From positions 434,001 through 498,000 of the forward strand of contig CP060762.1 in assembly GCA_023205875.1 (NCBI GenBank): DNA of 64,000 nt. The letters are read 5' to 3'. Shown here in pieces: positions 11,690 through 21,379 of the stretch. Below the pieces are notes generated by a model. It was not told the DNA's origin, searched no databases, and saw only the letters and a program-made list of their open reading frames with translations. Position numbers and translations under genes: made by a program. Each line of letters opens with the position of its first letter. Position 1 is the first letter of the stretch. Source of the DNA: Chloropicon primus (Eukaryota).

Positions 11690-14281
11690 ATGACCCAGGA
11701 GGATATGGACTGGAAAGCGGTGGTGGTGCACTTGGTGTCCTCGACGGGCCTCGAGGAGTGCCAGGGCGTGAGGGGGGTGAAAGATCTGAGGGACTGCGTC
11801 GCTTTGTGTGCGATTTGCGAGCAGCTGATGGTGCAGCTGAACCTGATCACGCTGCCAGAGCTTCACGAGCTCAGACAGCACGACAACATCAAATCCCAGG
11901 AGAGGCTCAAGCTGTACCTCGAAGTCTTCGAGTCCGATGCAGGTTTCGTGCCCGGCGTGGACTGCAAGTCGACGGTTACGTCCATCGCTAGAGGTGGAAG
12001 CGAAGAGGAGCTGATGGATCTGTTCGCTTGGATATTCGAGAAGTACTCGCCACAAGAGGAGGGGGAGCCTTGCAACGCCCAGCTCCAGGGCAGGGAGAGG
12101 AGGCAGGGCGTCCTTTCAGAAGCGTCTAGCAAGGCGAATCGTATGGAAGGCCATGACGTGGACCAGGCAAGTGCCGGGGGAGGTACGGACAAAGCCTACG
12201 CGACGGTCTCGCTCGGCCTGGACCTCGGGGAGATGAAAGTGCAGGTCGAGGATGAGAATCAGCGCCAGGACACCTCTCCAAAGCGGGGACCACCTCTTGA
12301 GGTGAGCCTGAAGCTGGAGAGCATCACGGAAGACCCCGACCTGAGATTGGCGATGTACCCCGTTGAGAATGAGAACGAGCGCTTGAAGTACCTCATCGGT
12401 GGCTCAATGTCCCCTCAGGCTCTCAGCGGGAATGAAGGGTCTGCCGAGGAGGCCCAAAGCCTTGCGCTGATTCCTTGGACGAGGAGCGAGCTCACCGAGC
12501 AGACTTGGAGAATGACCGAAGCCAGCGAGTTGAGCAAAGCGCTCGGGTTCCACCTCCAGGAAGGAAACAGCAGGGCCCTGCAGAAGCACTTGACCTCGTG
12601 GATGAGAAGGCTCGATGTTCTCAGGGAAGAGAAGGAGGGGCCCATCTGCGACACCACGCAGTTCAGGGACGGCGTGATTATTTGCAGACTGATTCAGCAG
12701 ATCACAGGCAAGAGAGTCCTCGGTGGGATACAAAGCGACGCGAACAAGTTTGAATCCGTCTCGAACCTCGGAAGGGGCTTTCAATCGCTTTGGTCCTTCC
12801 TTTTGCACCACAAGCTCGAGGCCTTCAGACGCGACTTTGAGTACTACCCGGAGAGCATCGTCAAGGGAAACGAGAGGGACATCTGGTCCTGCCTGCACTT
12901 TCTGTACAAGCTGTACCTGCATCATTCCAAGGGGGGAGGTGTGGGGAGCCCCTCGGCGGCCACCGCCAAGACGACTTCCAACATCCCACAAAACTTGGTG
13001 ACCTTTCAGTCCATCTTTGACAGGATCTACAACTCGAACCAGGGTGAACTGGAGCGGATCACGAGCGCGTGGCTAGAGAGCATGCCGCTCATCCCGACCG
13101 ATGCGTGCGAGAAGAACGAAAAGGACTTGAGGAGCGGGTCCATGCTGTGCCAGTTGGTCACATTGTACGAGCCCCACTGCTTGTACTCCTCGCCGATCCT
13201 CGATCCTGCGAGGTATCACGAAACTTTTGCGCGCGACAATGCTTGCATCGCTTTGATTGCTTTGGAACAAATTCTGACGGGCAAGATAGGCAAGAGCCAC
13301 ACCGGGAAACTCGTCAGCAGCTTCACGGCAGAAAAGATCGCAGCAGGGGACGTGCCGACGATTCTGAAGGCTGTTGCTTCGATCAAATTGTGCTTTGAAT
13401 GGCGCGACGGAACGTTCAAGAGCAGCTCCTTCTTCGTTCCTTCAGTCAAAGGGCCGGTCATCACCGAGAGCAAGACAGCAACATCAGAAACGGAGAGAAA
13501 GATGGTGAGCTGGATCGTCAAGGACATGGAGCTCGTGCCCAAGCACTCGAAACTGGCGAAGAGCTTCGGCAACATCCTCAAGGGATTGGTGAAGACGACC
13601 TTGTTCGTAAGCCTGGCCGAGAAGGCCCTGAAGAAGCAGCTCTTTCAACTCATAACAGAGACAGCGGACTCCAAGAGCATCAAGGAAGAGAGCACAAGAA
13701 AAGTGTTGAGGAGTCTTGGGAGGGTCCCCCAGCTCTCGAAATATCTCACCCTTTCGTTGCAACCAAAGCTTCTAGCAGGAGACAAGGAAGTCTGGTTGAA
13801 TTTGCTTCAAGGGATTCAAGCGTACCACACGACCTTGAAGAACAGGAAGCAAAACAGGGCTGCGGCCTACACGAGGCTTGGGCAGAGAATCAGGCCCGAG
13901 AGCACCAAGGTCGATACCAGCATCGGGCTGGGCGTTACGAATAGGGCGTTCCAAAACTTGTTTGTTTGGATCAAATCAAAAATATATGTGCCGAAGACGG
14001 TGACTATTTCAGACTTTTTCAGGGACGGCCGGCAGATCGCTCGACTCTTGCAATTGGTAGAGAGGAGGCCCCTGCGGGGCATCGATTTCAGCCCCACGTC
14101 CTATAGCTCGATTGTGAACAATCTGGACATCATTCTCAAGTTTCTGCGTCTTCAGGGCGTTGAGACAACGGAGTACTCCGTCCATCAAATTGCGAGTGGC
14201 GACGAGGAAATGATCTGCCACCTGTTGTGTAAGATCAAAGAGTGGCACCTGCAAAAGGGCGGGCCACAACAACGGCGGTGA
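11690..14281 (+). CDS. Multi calponin-homology (CH)-like domain protein
   Basis: Repeated CH-like helices DLRDCVALCAI, QFRDGVIICRLI, DLRSGSMLCQLV, FFRDGRQIARLL, most followed by a ..I..G(D/N/G)....W/L segment. Confidence 0.7.
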   Translation: MTQEDMDWKAVVVHLVSSTGLEECQGVRGVKDLRDCVALCAICEQLMVQLNLITLPELHELRQHDNIKSQERLKLYLEVFESDAGFVPGVDCKSTVTSIARGGSEEELMDLFAWIFEKYSPQEEGEPCNAQLQGRERRQGVLSEASSKANRMEGHDVDQASAGGGTDKAYATVSLGLDLGEMKVQVEDENQRQDTSPKRGPPLEVSLKLESITEDPDLRLAMYPVENENERLKYLIGGSMSPQALSGNEGSAEEAQSLALIPWTRSELTEQTWRMTEASELSKALGFHLQEGNSRALQKHLTSWMRRLDVLREEKEGPICDTTQFRDGVIICRLIQQITGKRVLGGIQSDANKFESVSNLGRGFQSLWSFLLHHKLEAFRRDFEYYPESIVKGNERDIWSCLHFLYKLYLHHSKGGGVGSPSAATAKTTSNIPQNLVTFQSIFDRIYNSNQGELERITSAWLESMPLIPTDACEKNEKDLRSGSMLCQLVTLYEPHCLYSSPILDPARYHETFARDNACIALIALEQILTGKIGKSHTGKLVSSFTAEKIAAGDVPTILKAVASIKLCFEWRDGTFKSSSFFVPSVKGPVITESKTATSETERKMVSWIVKDMELVPKHSKLAKSFGNILKGLVKTTLFVSLAEKALKKQLFQLITETADSKSIKEESTRKVLRSLGRVPQLSKYLTLSLQPKLLAGDKEVWLNLLQGIQAYHTTLKNRKQNRAAAYTRLGQRIRPESTKVDTSIGLGVTNRAFQNLFVWIKSKIYVPKTVTISDFFRDGRQIARLLQLVERRPLRGIDFSPTSYSSIVNNLDIILKFLRLQGVETTEYSVHQIASGDEEMICHLLCKIKEWHLQKGGPQQRR

Positions 14282-14367
14282 AGCAAGTATATACATATAT
14301 ACGTATTTTCGATCATAATAAAACAATTAATAATTGAAACAAGTTGTTGTACACACTGATGTTGTTG

Positions 14368-17076
14368 TTACCTGAAATATTTTTCCAACCTCCTCCTCGC
14401 GTTTTTCATCTCACGCTGCACCAGCTTCGTATCTGCTTCCGGAACTTTCAGCTCAGGAAACAAGCTCGCGATATCGCCAAACACGTAGTCAAAATGTTCC
14501 TTTGTCATGCAAGAGAACAAAGTTTCGCTGCACTGCCCCAGCGTTCCGGCGAGTATGTGGACATACCTAGGACAAGCATCGTTCAATGGCGGCATGCCGC
14601 CGATGTTCTCGCACCCAAGGTTCTCGACAGCAGTGAAGCTTTCCAGGTGCTGCGTTCCAGTCAGCAACTTCATCTTCATTTCTAGCCTCAGCGTCCGAAG
14701 GATGAAGCCAATCTTCATCTTTAACTTGGTGACCAGCTCCAAGAGGCCGTCGAGGGAATAGGCCTCGCTGCTGATGACACTGCTCATAAATTCCTCGACG
14801 GCCGATACCAAGTAATACATATTGGATGCCTTGCATGACATGGTGGCGAGCCTGTTGGTACTCGAGTAAAGGTTTTCTGATGAAATGGGTCTCAGCTTCT
14901 GCAGCTCTTGCAGCAGGAAAAGCTCTGGACGAGTGCTGTCGTCCAAATCAATGGTCTTGGAGTCTTTGGAATCCTCAAGGAGAAAGTAATCCGCGGACAA
15001 GAAGGTCAAAGCTTGCGACTCCTGAGACATGATTTTGCAGATGCTAGCATTGGACGCAAGCTTGCTGGACAGGGCCCCTCCAATGGCCTCGTCCCACTTC
15101 CCAGCGAGCGAAAGAAAGTTCACCAGCATGGCTTCCATGATGGCCGAGAAGTGGGACGTATAAACCGGGAAAACTTTCTCGAATTCCACGAGCTGCTGCA
15201 CAGCGCTCACGAAAGGTTTTGCCTCATCTATGCTGAACCCCCCAGTGAAGCTACCCGTGAAGCTCCCCGTGAAGCTCGAGCTGTTCACGTCTCTGGAATA
15301 GTTTCGCTTGTGGGCCAGCGCGCCGCTTCCGTTGAACCCGAGGGTCGAAGGAGCGGACTTCAAATTGTTGATGCAGTCATTCTTCACAGTCGGCACCAGA
15401 TCCTCGAGGATGTGGTCCTCAAGGAAGTTCATTATTCTGCTGGAGACAGCCTTCTGCTCTTCTGAGCCCTCCGTTTTTGACTTTGAAGCCAAGGAGATCT
15501 TCTTCTCGACGTGACTGATCAGGCCCTGGATCGGGCCGTAAAGCCCCACGAGGAGGTAGATCCCGTGAAGTTCCCTGCCCACGGATGAATTGACGGCTTG
15601 GTGGTACCCGGGCTTGGCCTGGTGGTTCGTTTTTGACGTCGAACCGTTCTGCTGCTTGCTTTCCTTGGCTTTCTCGCTGGTCTTCTTCTTTGCGGCTTGG
15701 ATTGAGAACGTGAACTTCAGCGTGTTGCCCCCTGTGGTGTTCACGATTGATCTTTTCCTGCCCGCCTTCAATTCATTGGCGATCCTCTTTTCCCTCTGTG
15801 CATTGATCGGCGACTGCAAGCGCATCAGAACGGAAACAAGCGCGATGCACTCCTCCTGGATGTTAGACCAGATCTCTCGAAGGAAAGCCTCTAGTTTGCC
15901 CAGACCAACTTCATCTTTGGAGCTGTCCGCCTCGCTCCCCTTCGCGGTTTTCACGAGCTCGACGTGGTTGTCAAATAGCTTTGCCAGCTGCTTGCACATT
16001 GCGCCAGTGTGCTTGTTTACGTACTTGACCAGGTTGGTGTCACACAGCACGATCTTTGTACTCATTCTTGGAGAGCCGACCGCAGGGCCGTGGCTTTCGG
16101 TCTCGTAGGGCTCCAAATCTTTCCAAAAGTCTCTCAGCCACTTCTGAAGCCTCCCTTGGAAGTCCTTGAGTATCACCTTGCTGAATGTGTCCTCCCCATT
16201 TTCCAACTTGAGCATGCAAGAGGCCAGCCTCTTCAAATAGTCCTCGCCCCCATCCTCGCGCGATTGGATCGAAAGGGTTCGAGCTCGTGGCTTGCTGGCC
16301 TCTTCCCTCAGGCTCGAAACCTGGCCCTCCTTGTGGTAAAGGCACTCTTGCATCTGCCGCAGAATTCTTGTCTTTACCATGGTCTTCTTCCCAAGTATGC
16401 TCTCCTTCAAATCGCACAGCGCCCTCACTTGCTGCAGCTCCTCGCTCTCGTCAAGCTTGGCCAACGCAAAGGACAGAAGGTCCACACCTCTCTCGTAGAC
16501 GTCCATTCCATGCCACTCATCCCCCTCCAGCAACCCGTTCTCGTCCCCCACTCCGTCCTTCACCCCTGACTTTGTGCCCTCCGCTTCCCGCGCGTTGCCG
16601 CCCTCACCGCTGCCCTGCCCCGTCTCCACAATCCCGAAGAGAGCATCCACCTTGTTCGGCACGTGGGCTATCTTCTCAATGTCGTCCAGAATAATCAGAG
16701 TGTGCCTCAAAGCGTTGCTCCTCTGCCAGTGGTTCCTCAACTGAGTCGTCCTCGTTCCCAGCTGCTGCTTCAGCGCGTGAAGCGAAGTCCTAATACTTTT
16801 GCTCTGGGTCTGAGCCTCCGTGAACAGCCTCAATATCTCACTGTAATTGTGGATCGACTTGTTGAACCCTCCATGGTAACCCTTCACGATGTCGTCCACC
16901 AACCTCTCCACCCTCTCCTGCCTCTCCCTCAGTTCCCCAAGAGCCTGTGAAGGGTCGAGCGTTCTCAATATCTCCACCACGTGAGGCAACGACTCGAAGG
17001 TTCCTTGATCCTTGAACTCCTCCGGCAAACTCTCCAGTTCCCTCTCCACCTCCCTCCAGTCCACTGCACGACGCAT
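14368..17076 (-). CDS. SEC8: Exocyst subunit Sec8/EXOC4
   Basis: FESLPHVVEIL, VDDIVKGYHGGFNKSIHNYSEIL N-terminal Sec8 domain; LRTLRLE C-terminal motif; first plausible ATG 17076 (the longer ORF extension crosses a repeat). Confidence 0.85.
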   Translation of the reverse strand: MRRAVDWREVERELESLPEEFKDQGTFESLPHVVEILRTLDPSQALGELRERQERVERLVDDIVKGYHGGFNKSIHNYSEILRLFTEAQTQSKSIRTSLHALKQQLGTRTTQLRNHWQRSNALRHTLIILDDIEKIAHVPNKVDALFGIVETGQGSGEGGNAREAEGTKSGVKDGVGDENGLLEGDEWHGMDVYERGVDLLSFALAKLDESEELQQVRALCDLKESILGKKTMVKTRILRQMQECLYHKEGQVSSLREEASKPRARTLSIQSREDGGEDYLKRLASCMLKLENGEDTFSKVILKDFQGRLQKWLRDFWKDLEPYETESHGPAVGSPRMSTKIVLCDTNLVKYVNKHTGAMCKQLAKLFDNHVELVKTAKGSEADSSKDEVGLGKLEAFLREIWSNIQEECIALVSVLMRLQSPINAQREKRIANELKAGRKRSIVNTTGGNTLKFTFSIQAAKKKTSEKAKESKQQNGSTSKTNHQAKPGYHQAVNSSVGRELHGIYLLVGLYGPIQGLISHVEKKISLASKSKTEGSEEQKAVSSRIMNFLEDHILEDLVPTVKNDCINNLKSAPSTLGFNGSGALAHKRNYSRDVNSSSFTGSFTGSFTGGFSIDEAKPFVSAVQQLVEFEKVFPVYTSHFSAIMEAMLVNFLSLAGKWDEAIGGALSSKLASNASICKIMSQESQALTFLSADYFLLEDSKDSKTIDLDDSTRPELFLLQELQKLRPISSENLYSSTNRLATMSCKASNMYYLVSAVEEFMSSVISSEAYSLDGLLELVTKLKMKIGFILRTLRLEMKMKLLTGTQHLESFTAVENLGCENIGGMPPLNDACPRYVHILAGTLGQCSETLFSCMTKEHFDYVFGDIASLFPELKVPEADTKLVQREMKNARRRLEKYFR

Positions 17077-17167
17077 CCCAACAAAACCCTCTCCCCTCTC
17101 CTCTCTCCTTAATCCTCCCTCCACCAAGGCCAAGGAATCCTCTCCTTTGCTCGCTCCTCTGTGAACC

Positions 17168-17197
17168 AAATCCTTCGAGCGACGGCTCTTTCGAAAG
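17168..17197 (-). promoter_or_regulatory. 30-bp oriented upstream motif (representative copy)
   Basis: Sense CTTTCGAAAGAGCCGTCGCTCGAAGGATTT, 91 nt upstream of the SEC8 ATG; see findings for other copies. Confidence 0.55.
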
Positions 17198-17356
17198 AGG
17201 AGGAAGACGCGAGGGCGAAGGGAATGAATTCGTTCAACAAACCTTTCCTTTCCAACGACGCCACCCCTCGCTCGCAACCTCTCGCCGCCCCTGATCGATC
17301 GATCTTCGCGCTCTTTCTCCTCTCCTTTTTGGGGAGAGCAATCGATCGATCGATCG

Positions 17357-17671
17357 AAGAGGCGCACAAAGGTGAGTTTCAGGACGACGTGGAGCACGAG
17401 GGGGAGGACGGGACGAGGGGGAGGTCTAGGAGCGGAACCTTTACGTCTCGGGCTTTCCAACGACCTCTCTCTCGAAAGGAACGACGCACGGATGAGGATG
17501 AAAGACGCTGAAACGATCGATTTTCTTTCTGGGTTTGTTTGTTGTTTGGTGCTGGGATTGGGATGCCAGGTGAGTTCGCGGAGGGGAGCGAGAGGGAGGA
17601 GGGAGACCACCGAGGGGATGACTGTTCTCGTCATCGCGTGATCTTTCGTTCGAGCCGTCGGTGGACAGAAT
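17357..17671 (+). repeat. Dispersed intron-like repeat, copy B
   Basis: Reverse complement of 27139-27463 with few differences; GTGAGT at 17372 and 17570. Confidence 0.9.
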
Positions 17672-17779
17672 GTGCGTTCATCTCGAGGGTATGATGTCAA
17701 GCCTCCTGGCATTGCAGGCTTGAGCGGACCAGGGCTCACAGACACGAAGCAGGTCGAGAATTCTCGTCCTGGACTCACC

Positions 17780-19365
17780 ATGGTGGAGGGATGCCCGAGG
17801 TGGAGCCGGTATATGGGCGGACTGTGCCTTTGGGTTGTCCTCACAGCTCTATTCGGTTTCTGCTCGCCCATCCAAGGAGTGGGGGTGCAGGACAGGTCTT
17901 TGCTCGTCGGCATGGAGTCGTTCAGGGGTTTGCCCGAGGGACCCAGGCGTCTTCCCCTGCCCGCGAACAGTCGGAGCAGTCCACAAGGCCGGATGAGGGA
18001 TATGAACCGGAGAAGAGGGTCCCCAAGGCTTGCGATGAAACGAAGAGACGAAGGGAGGAGGAGGTCAAGCCTCCGAGAGTCGTCAAGGAGAAGGGAAGCC
18101 GCTAAGTTGAGGTTCAAAGAAGCCTCTCAGGTGAGAAAAGCCAAGATGGCTGCGCATGAGCAGAGCGTAACGAGGATTCTCCCGGCCGACTGGCGACCGC
18201 ACATCAGGCCCGATATCGATATCGTGATGAGCAAGAAAGGTCTCGAACCAGATTTTGAAACCAAGGGGGGCGGCGAGGAGAAGCTGAACCGATATAATCA
18301 GCCGTACCTGGACCTCGAGGTGAAGACTCACAGTGCCACAAGGAACATCGAGCTCGAGACCGCCTTCCTCCCGTACATGCCCGATGGGGACATTGGAGGT
18401 GACAAGGAGAACCGCACTCGAATCAAAACCTGTGCTTTGGTTGGAAATGGAGGCACGCTCTATGGATCAGGGAAAGGAAAAGACATCGACGGCCACGACG
18501 CCGTCTTTCGCATCAATTACGCTCCCGTTATTGGGTTCGAGGAGGACGTGGGGAATAAAACGACGTTTGACATCGTGAACAAGCAGGCGTGCATGGCGCT
18601 CACAAGCGGACTGAGCACGTTCAGGCGTCCGAAAAGCACGCTGATCTTGTGGGAAGCACACAGCCGCGTCATTCGAAATAGGGTGTACCTCAAGTTGGTC
18701 GAAACGGATACGACACGGGAAGAAAAGATCTGGCTGCTGAGCCCATCAGTAGTCACGCTGTCCAGAATGATTTGGCTCACGATGAAGAGAGACATCGAAA
18801 GAGACATCGATACGGTGAGGAAGGACTTGGGGCAGAGAGTGGCCGTTGATCGCGAGCGATACACTCCTTTCGTCATTCAGAAAGCAACAAAGCTCGGTCC
18901 GACCTTCGAGGGCCACAAGATGTTCTCCTTTCACATTAAGCCAATGACGGGAATGGTCAGCCTGTTCTTCGCCCTGCAAGTGTGCGAAACCCTTGACCTG
19001 TACGGCTTCGAGGCCATCACCACCAACATCAACAGGCGTTATCACTACTTTGGTAAGAATCTTCATCGAATCGAGTGGGTCATGTGAGCAAAGAACGTGA
19101 ACGAGCAAAAACCTTTGCGCTCATTGTTGTACTGACCACTCTATCCTCGTTATTTGCAGACGAAGTCGAAGGCTTTATGCACCGTCATTCGTTCGACTTG
19201 GCGCTGGAGGTATTCGAGAGAATATCCCAAGTCATTCCCGTAAGGATCCACACAAGCACAAGCGCTCACAGATCCTTCGTGGATCAACCGGCAGAGGTGA
19301 CCGAGACAACTACTGAAACTACTGAAACTACTGAGAAAGTCTCAGGCTCGTCCTCGTTTTTGTAA
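17780..19365 (+). CDS. GT29 sialyltransferase-like protein; exons 17780-19052, 19160-19365
   Basis: Sialylmotif L ([28 protein letters not shown]), S ([19 protein letters not shown]), III (YHYF|D) and VS His; N-terminal hydrophobic segment. Confidence 0.88.
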
Positions 19366-19565
19366 TCATGGAAAATATACTAAGACTCCAAACTCTTGTC
19401 CCTTTCGTGCAATACGATGGACCAACCTCTCCTCCTCCTCGTGATCCAAAACACACTCCTGTCCAAACACAAGCACACACCTCCAGTCGCTCCCAGCTTT
19501 GGACTGCGTTACATTGCTCACTCGTGTCACAGCTTGCTCTGGGGATGGAGCTCGAGAGGAAAGGC

Positions 19566-19760
19566 AAAGGTGGCACCTTTGCCGAGGTTCGAGCGTCCTG
19601 CAACGCTGGAGTGATCATGGAACGAGTGTTTGGGGACACGACTTGAAGAAAGGTCCAGCAATATGGTCCCTCCGCGCGTGAGACCCAAAGCAGCGAGGAG
19701 GTGGCTCCTCCTGGCTGCTTTGGTGCTGGTCGCTGGCTCGAGCTGGTGGGCCACCTCGGC
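19566..19760 (+). repeat. 195-bp direct duplication shared with 21283-21477
   Basis: Identical except C19726/T21443 (synonymous Leu); includes 5' flank, ATG and hydrophobic peptide. Confidence 0.97.
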
Positions 19761-20988
19761 AGAGGGTCGAAGGACAAGCGAACCGGGCGTTGAGGCGACG
19801 GACGTGCTTGGAATGGAGGGCAGTCTACCCGGATCCAACTGCAAAGGCACGGACCAGGGAGCTTGCAGGACTTCCTTTGGTGAAGGTGGTGAAGATGTTG
19901 TTGAAGCCAGCAAGCCACCACAAGCTTGCGAGGCCAAGGAGGAGGAGAAGCCTTCCACGAGGTTTCCTTTGCAATGGCGGGACCCTTCCTCGACTTCCAG
20001 GGCGAGGGTGTACGCGGACGTCATCCTGAAGAAGCCCAAGGAGTACTGGGACTATCACGATGACTCCATTGTCCAGTGGGGTCCACTTGATGGGTACTCT
20101 GTCAAGGGCAAGATAGGAAAGGGCAAGTACTCCCAAGTCTTTGAGGCTTTTGATGCAGAGAGGAACATGGCTTGTGCGCTAAAGATGCTGAAACCGAAAA
20201 CGAGGGCAACGAAAGTGACGAGAGAAGTCAAGATATTGCAAAACCTCGAGGGTGGGCCAAACATTATCAAGCTCGTAGACACTGTGATGGATCCCCTCCT
20301 GAAAGCAAAGGGCCTCGTGTTCGAGCATGTCAACAACACGGACTTGGAGGTGCTATGCCCGACCTTGACGGACTTGGAGGTGAGAACATACCTCCTGGAG
20401 CTCCTCAAGGCCTTGGATTACTGCCACTCTCGAGGCATCATGCACCGCGACGTGAAGCCTCACAACGTCATGATCGATCACAGCAAGAAGACCCTCCGGC
20501 TGATCGACTGGGGTCTCGCGGAGTTCTATCGCCCCGGCAAGGACTTTAACATCCGTGTCTCCACCAAGAACTACAAGGGCCCCGAGCTTCTCGTGGGTCT
20601 GCAAGACTACGACTACTCCCTTGACATGTGGAGCGTGGGCGTCATGCTCGCCGGCATGATGTTTCGCAAGGGCGAGCCCTTCTTCCGGGGCCAGGACAAC
20701 TACGACCAGCTCGTGACGATCGCCAAGGTCCTGGGCACGGGCGGCTTGTATGATTATTTGAACACGTATAAGATGAGGCTGAACCCCCACCTCGAAGCGA
20801 TGGTGGGCCACCACTCTCGCAAGCCTTGGGCGGCGTTTGTGACAGCAGAGAACCAGCACCTGATCTCCCACGAAGCGATGGACTTGTTGGACAAGCTGCT
20901 GGTGTACGACCACCAGAAGAGGCTGACGGCCAAGGAGGCCATGACTCACCCATACTTTGAGGTTCTGCGCAGATCAGATGGATTGTAA
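19663..20988 (+). CDS. Casein kinase II alpha-like kinase with N-terminal signal/anchor peptide
   Basis: [60 protein letters not shown]. Confidence 0.93.
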   Translation: MVPPRVRPKAARRWLLLAALVLVAGSSWWATSAEGRRTSEPGVEATDVLGMEGSLPGSNCKGTDQGACRTSFGEGGEDVVEASKPPQACEAKEEEKPSTRFPLQWRDPSSTSRARVYADVILKKPKEYWDYHDDSIVQWGPLDGYSVKGKIGKGKYSQVFEAFDAERNMACALKMLKPKTRATKVTREVKILQNLEGGPNIIKLVDTVMDPLLKAKGLVFEHVNNTDLEVLCPTLTDLEVRTYLLELLKALDYCHSRGIMHRDVKPHNVMIDHSKKTLRLIDWGLAEFYRPGKDFNIRVSTKNYKGPELLVGLQDYDYSLDMWSVGVMLAGMMFRKGEPFFRGQDNYDQLVTIAKVLGTGGLYDYLNTYKMRLNPHLEAMVGHHSRKPWAAFVTAENQHLISHEAMDLLDKLLVYDHQKRLTAKEAMTHPYFEVLRRSDGL

Positions 20989-21379
20989 TTATTATTTTTT
21001 GTACCATCATCAACGTTATTCTTTCCCCACTCAAGCAAGCGAGTGCTCTCTTTCGAGAGATCTTTCGAGAGAGGAAGAGGAACAGAAACAGGAACAGGCC
21101 GTGGTTCCACCTGTCGCCGACCTTCTCGCAATCCTCCTCCATCACCACCACCACCCCTTCCCCCTCCATCCCCTCCACCATCAGGGGGGCCATCCATCAT
21201 CAGGAAGCTGCCAAAGGCCAAGTCGCGCAGCACAGGGTCGTCACAACGTCAGTGAGGGGTGCAAGAGGAAGCGGGGAGGGATAAAGGTGGCACCTTTGCC
21301 GAGGTTCGAGCGTCCTGCAACGCTGGAGTGATCATGGAACGAGTGTTTGGGGACACGACTTGAAGAAAGGTCCAGCAAT

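Noticed and set aside
17077..18117. Extra 347-aa N-terminal extension of the Sec8 ORF
   Set aside because: Runs through a non-coding repeat and antisense to the GT29 gene; Sec8 similarity starts at 17076
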